Positions 62,323 to 64,000 of a DNA stretch of 64,000 nucleotides are shown in pieces. The stretch lies in the sequence record CP121101.1. One strand, given 5' to 3'. The notes beneath the pieces were generated by a model. That model worked only from the letters and a program-made list of their open reading frames with translations, ran no database searches and had not been told where the DNA came from. This DNA is from a plasmid. The translations under genes and the position numbers were made by a program. Numbering within the stretch: position 1 is the stretch's first letter; each line of letters starts with the position of its first letter.

Positions 62323-64000
62323 ATGAACATGAACGCATTGAAACAAGGCGCCTCCAACCACACGGATGATTCTTTGGTGATGCTCACTGTTGATCAGGTA
62401 GTCGCAGCCCCCTGGGGCAACGTCCGTCGCGGCAGCCGCAACAATACCAAGTGGACGGATTTTCTCGCTGATGTAAGGCTGCGCGGGATCATCCAATCGG
62501 TGACGGTTCGCCCCCATCCAGAAGTGGCAGGTGTTTTCGAGCTGTTAGCAGGATATGGCCGTTGGGATGCCGCCAAAATTGTGGGTTGCCCGCTCCCCGC
62601 CCTTGTCGTCAATTGCAGTGACTCAGAAGGCGTTGCTATTGGCATGATGGAGAACCTGCAGCGGGAAGACATGGGGCCGGTTGATGAAGCCCACGCAGCA
62701 CAAACGGCACTAGCTCTATGCAATGGTGATTACGAAGAAGCCCGTAAGCAACTCGGTTGGTCGCTGGGTCGCCTCAAACAGCGCCTGCATCTTACTCGCT
62801 GCACTCCGGCAGTGCTTGATGCAATCTCAGCCAAATTGGTTTCACTTCGCCATGCCGATTTGCTCGCAGGTATCAGTGCTGAGGCGCAGAACGCTCTGTT
62901 GCCCTCAATTACTGAGAAAAGCCTTAGCGTGGATGCGCTCAAAGCCTTGCTTGGTAAAGCCTCGGCACCGATTTCCTCTGCGCGTTTTGATGTAGGAGAT
63001 TGCGCCTCCTGCATTCACAACAGCCAGCAACAATCCAGCCTGTTTAATGAGTTCGCTGTTGTTGACGGGGCTGTTTGCCGGAATCTTGTGTGCTTTAAAC
63101 AAAAAACTGCAGCTATGGTTGCGGCCCGCAAGGGCGAACTCGCCGAGCGTTACGGCACCATCATTGTTCTATCCGAAGTGTCCCAAGGTTCGATTAACCA
63201 TGTAAGCCATGACACCGTTGGCGCAGAGCAGATGTTTGATGGCTGTTTACCTTGCTCGAAGCGTGTTGCATTGCTCGATGACCGCATTGATACCGCAGGT
63301 GATGTGCTCGAAGATCGTTGTACCGACCCAGATTGCTTCAAAACGTGTGTTGCGAAGCACTGTGATGCAGTGGCGGAAGCTGCAGAAATCACTGAACAGG
63401 CGAACTGGGCGGCGGGGATTGATCCCGCTCTCACCAATACAGCCCAACCCTTGCAATTGGATGACGGGAATAAGCAGGCTCCCAATGTGCCCAAAAGAAA
63501 GGCTGCCGATAGTGATCCCGCTACCTCTTTGAGTAGTTCGGTGGTTGCAGACCACAAGATAATGCTAAGACGCGCAGCCGTTGAGGCGTGGGGAAGCGAC
63601 GCAGAGGCTTCACAGCGTTTCCAACTATCAGTTGTTTTGTCGAGCCTTTTGTCCGTTGCTGGCAAAGCAACCTTTGGACGCGCCCTGCCGGATACCATTG
63701 CTGATAGCAGCAAAAGTATTGAGGCGTTGCGAAGCGAGATCGCCAGTACCATGAGCTTTATCGTCGAGCGTTTGGACGGCACCGGCTACTGCCCGATGGT
63801 GGACGTTATGATGGCCACTCTCCCCCACGCTCCTAACGCTAAGGAGAAGGCTATAGCCCAATGGGTTCCCACACCCGAGCGACTGAAAAGTTACACGACA
63901 GATACAATCACCTTCATCTTGAAGGAGTCCGGCTTCTTGACTGCCTATGAGGCTGCCCACGATGCCAAGGCACTGAAAAAGCTTATCGGTATGAACAAAG
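62323..64000 (+). CDS. ParB/Srx-fold nuclease-domain protein (ParB-like), runs off the right edge
   Basis: My own translation from the ATG at 62323 shows no stop up to 64000. The ParB box is VTVRPHPEVAGVFELLAGYGRWDAAK. Confidence 0.55.
   Translation, partial: MNMNALKQGASNHTDDSLVMLTVDQVVAAPWGNVRRGSRNNTKWTDFLADVRLRGIIQSVTVRPHPEVAGVFELLAGYGRWDAAKIVGCPLPALVVNCSDSEGVAIGMMENLQREDMGPVDEAHAAQTALALCNGDYEEARKQLGWSLGRLKQRLHLTRCTPAVLDAISAKLVSLRHADLLAGISAEAQNALLPSITEKSLSVDALKALLGKASAPISSARFDVGDCASCIHNSQQQSSLFNEFAVVDGAVCRNLVCFKQKTAAMVAARKGELAERYGTIIVLSEVSQGSINHVSHDTVGAEQMFDGCLPCSKRVALLDDRIDTAGDVLEDRCTDPDCFKTCVAKHCDAVAEAAEITEQANWAAGIDPALTNTAQPLQLDDGNKQAPNVPKRKAADSDPATSLSSSVVADHKIMLRRAAVEAWGSDAEASQRFQLSVVLSSLLSVAGKATFGRALPDTIADSSKSIEALRSEIASTMSFIVERLDGTGYCPMVDVMMATLPHAPNAKEKAIAQWVPTPERLKSYTTDTITFILKESGFLTAYEAAHDAKALKKLIGMNK

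Noticed and set aside
1-64000. rRNA or tRNA genes and an integrase/attachment site
   Set aside because: No rRNA-like conserved blocks or tRNA cloverleaf candidates were recognised by eye, and no tyrosine or serine recombinase motif was seen. A proper tRNAscan or cmsearch is needed, so absence is not proven.

Overview
This 64-kb window looks like one arm of a large conjugative element (ICE or plasmid) from a gammaproteobacterium. Overall GC is about 50%, and almost every gene is on the minus strand. Reading right to left on the minus strand: (i) positions 1-17.3 kb form a leading-region-like cargo block. It holds an HExxH metallopeptidase cut by the window edge, an AAA_5/MoxR-like ATPase, a YqaJ-type exonuclease, a PAPS-reductase (PP-loop) protein, a truncated H-NS paralogue, an IS21-family insertion (istA/istB) that splits a gene, a Bet/RecT single-strand annealing protein and SSB. 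(ii) A small plus-strand three-gene island at 18.7-20.2 kb carries a membrane-anchored PD-(D/E)xK-type nuclease. (iii) An F-like mating-pair-formation operon (TraG x2, TraH, TraU, TraC, TraV, TraB, TraK, TraE, TraL, two TraA-like pilins) sits at 20.3-35.8 kb. (iv) A trypsin-like protease with a GlyGly-CTERM tail lies at 36.1-37.1 kb. (v) An R64/PAPI-1-type type IVb thin-pilus cluster (PilL, N, O, P, Q, R, pilins, PilV) sits at 38.4-47.7 kb. (vi) Then come a full-length H-NS, an AT-rich lipoprotein islet, and a 2-kb tandem-repeat array of about 70% GC. (vii) The right end has a plus-strand N6-adenine methyltransferase-helicase fusion and a ParB-like gene that runs off the window. Two things stand out most. 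First, five copies of a conserved, hairpin-rich 150-250 bp element each sit immediately upstream of a minus-strand cargo gene or operon; I read them as candidate portable promoter or leader elements, possibly ssDNA (Frpo-like) promoters. Second, the GC-rich repeat array. Many conserved genes are split into overlapping ORFs, which points to either an indel-prone assembly or a decaying element. No rRNA, tRNA or CRISPR array was recognised.
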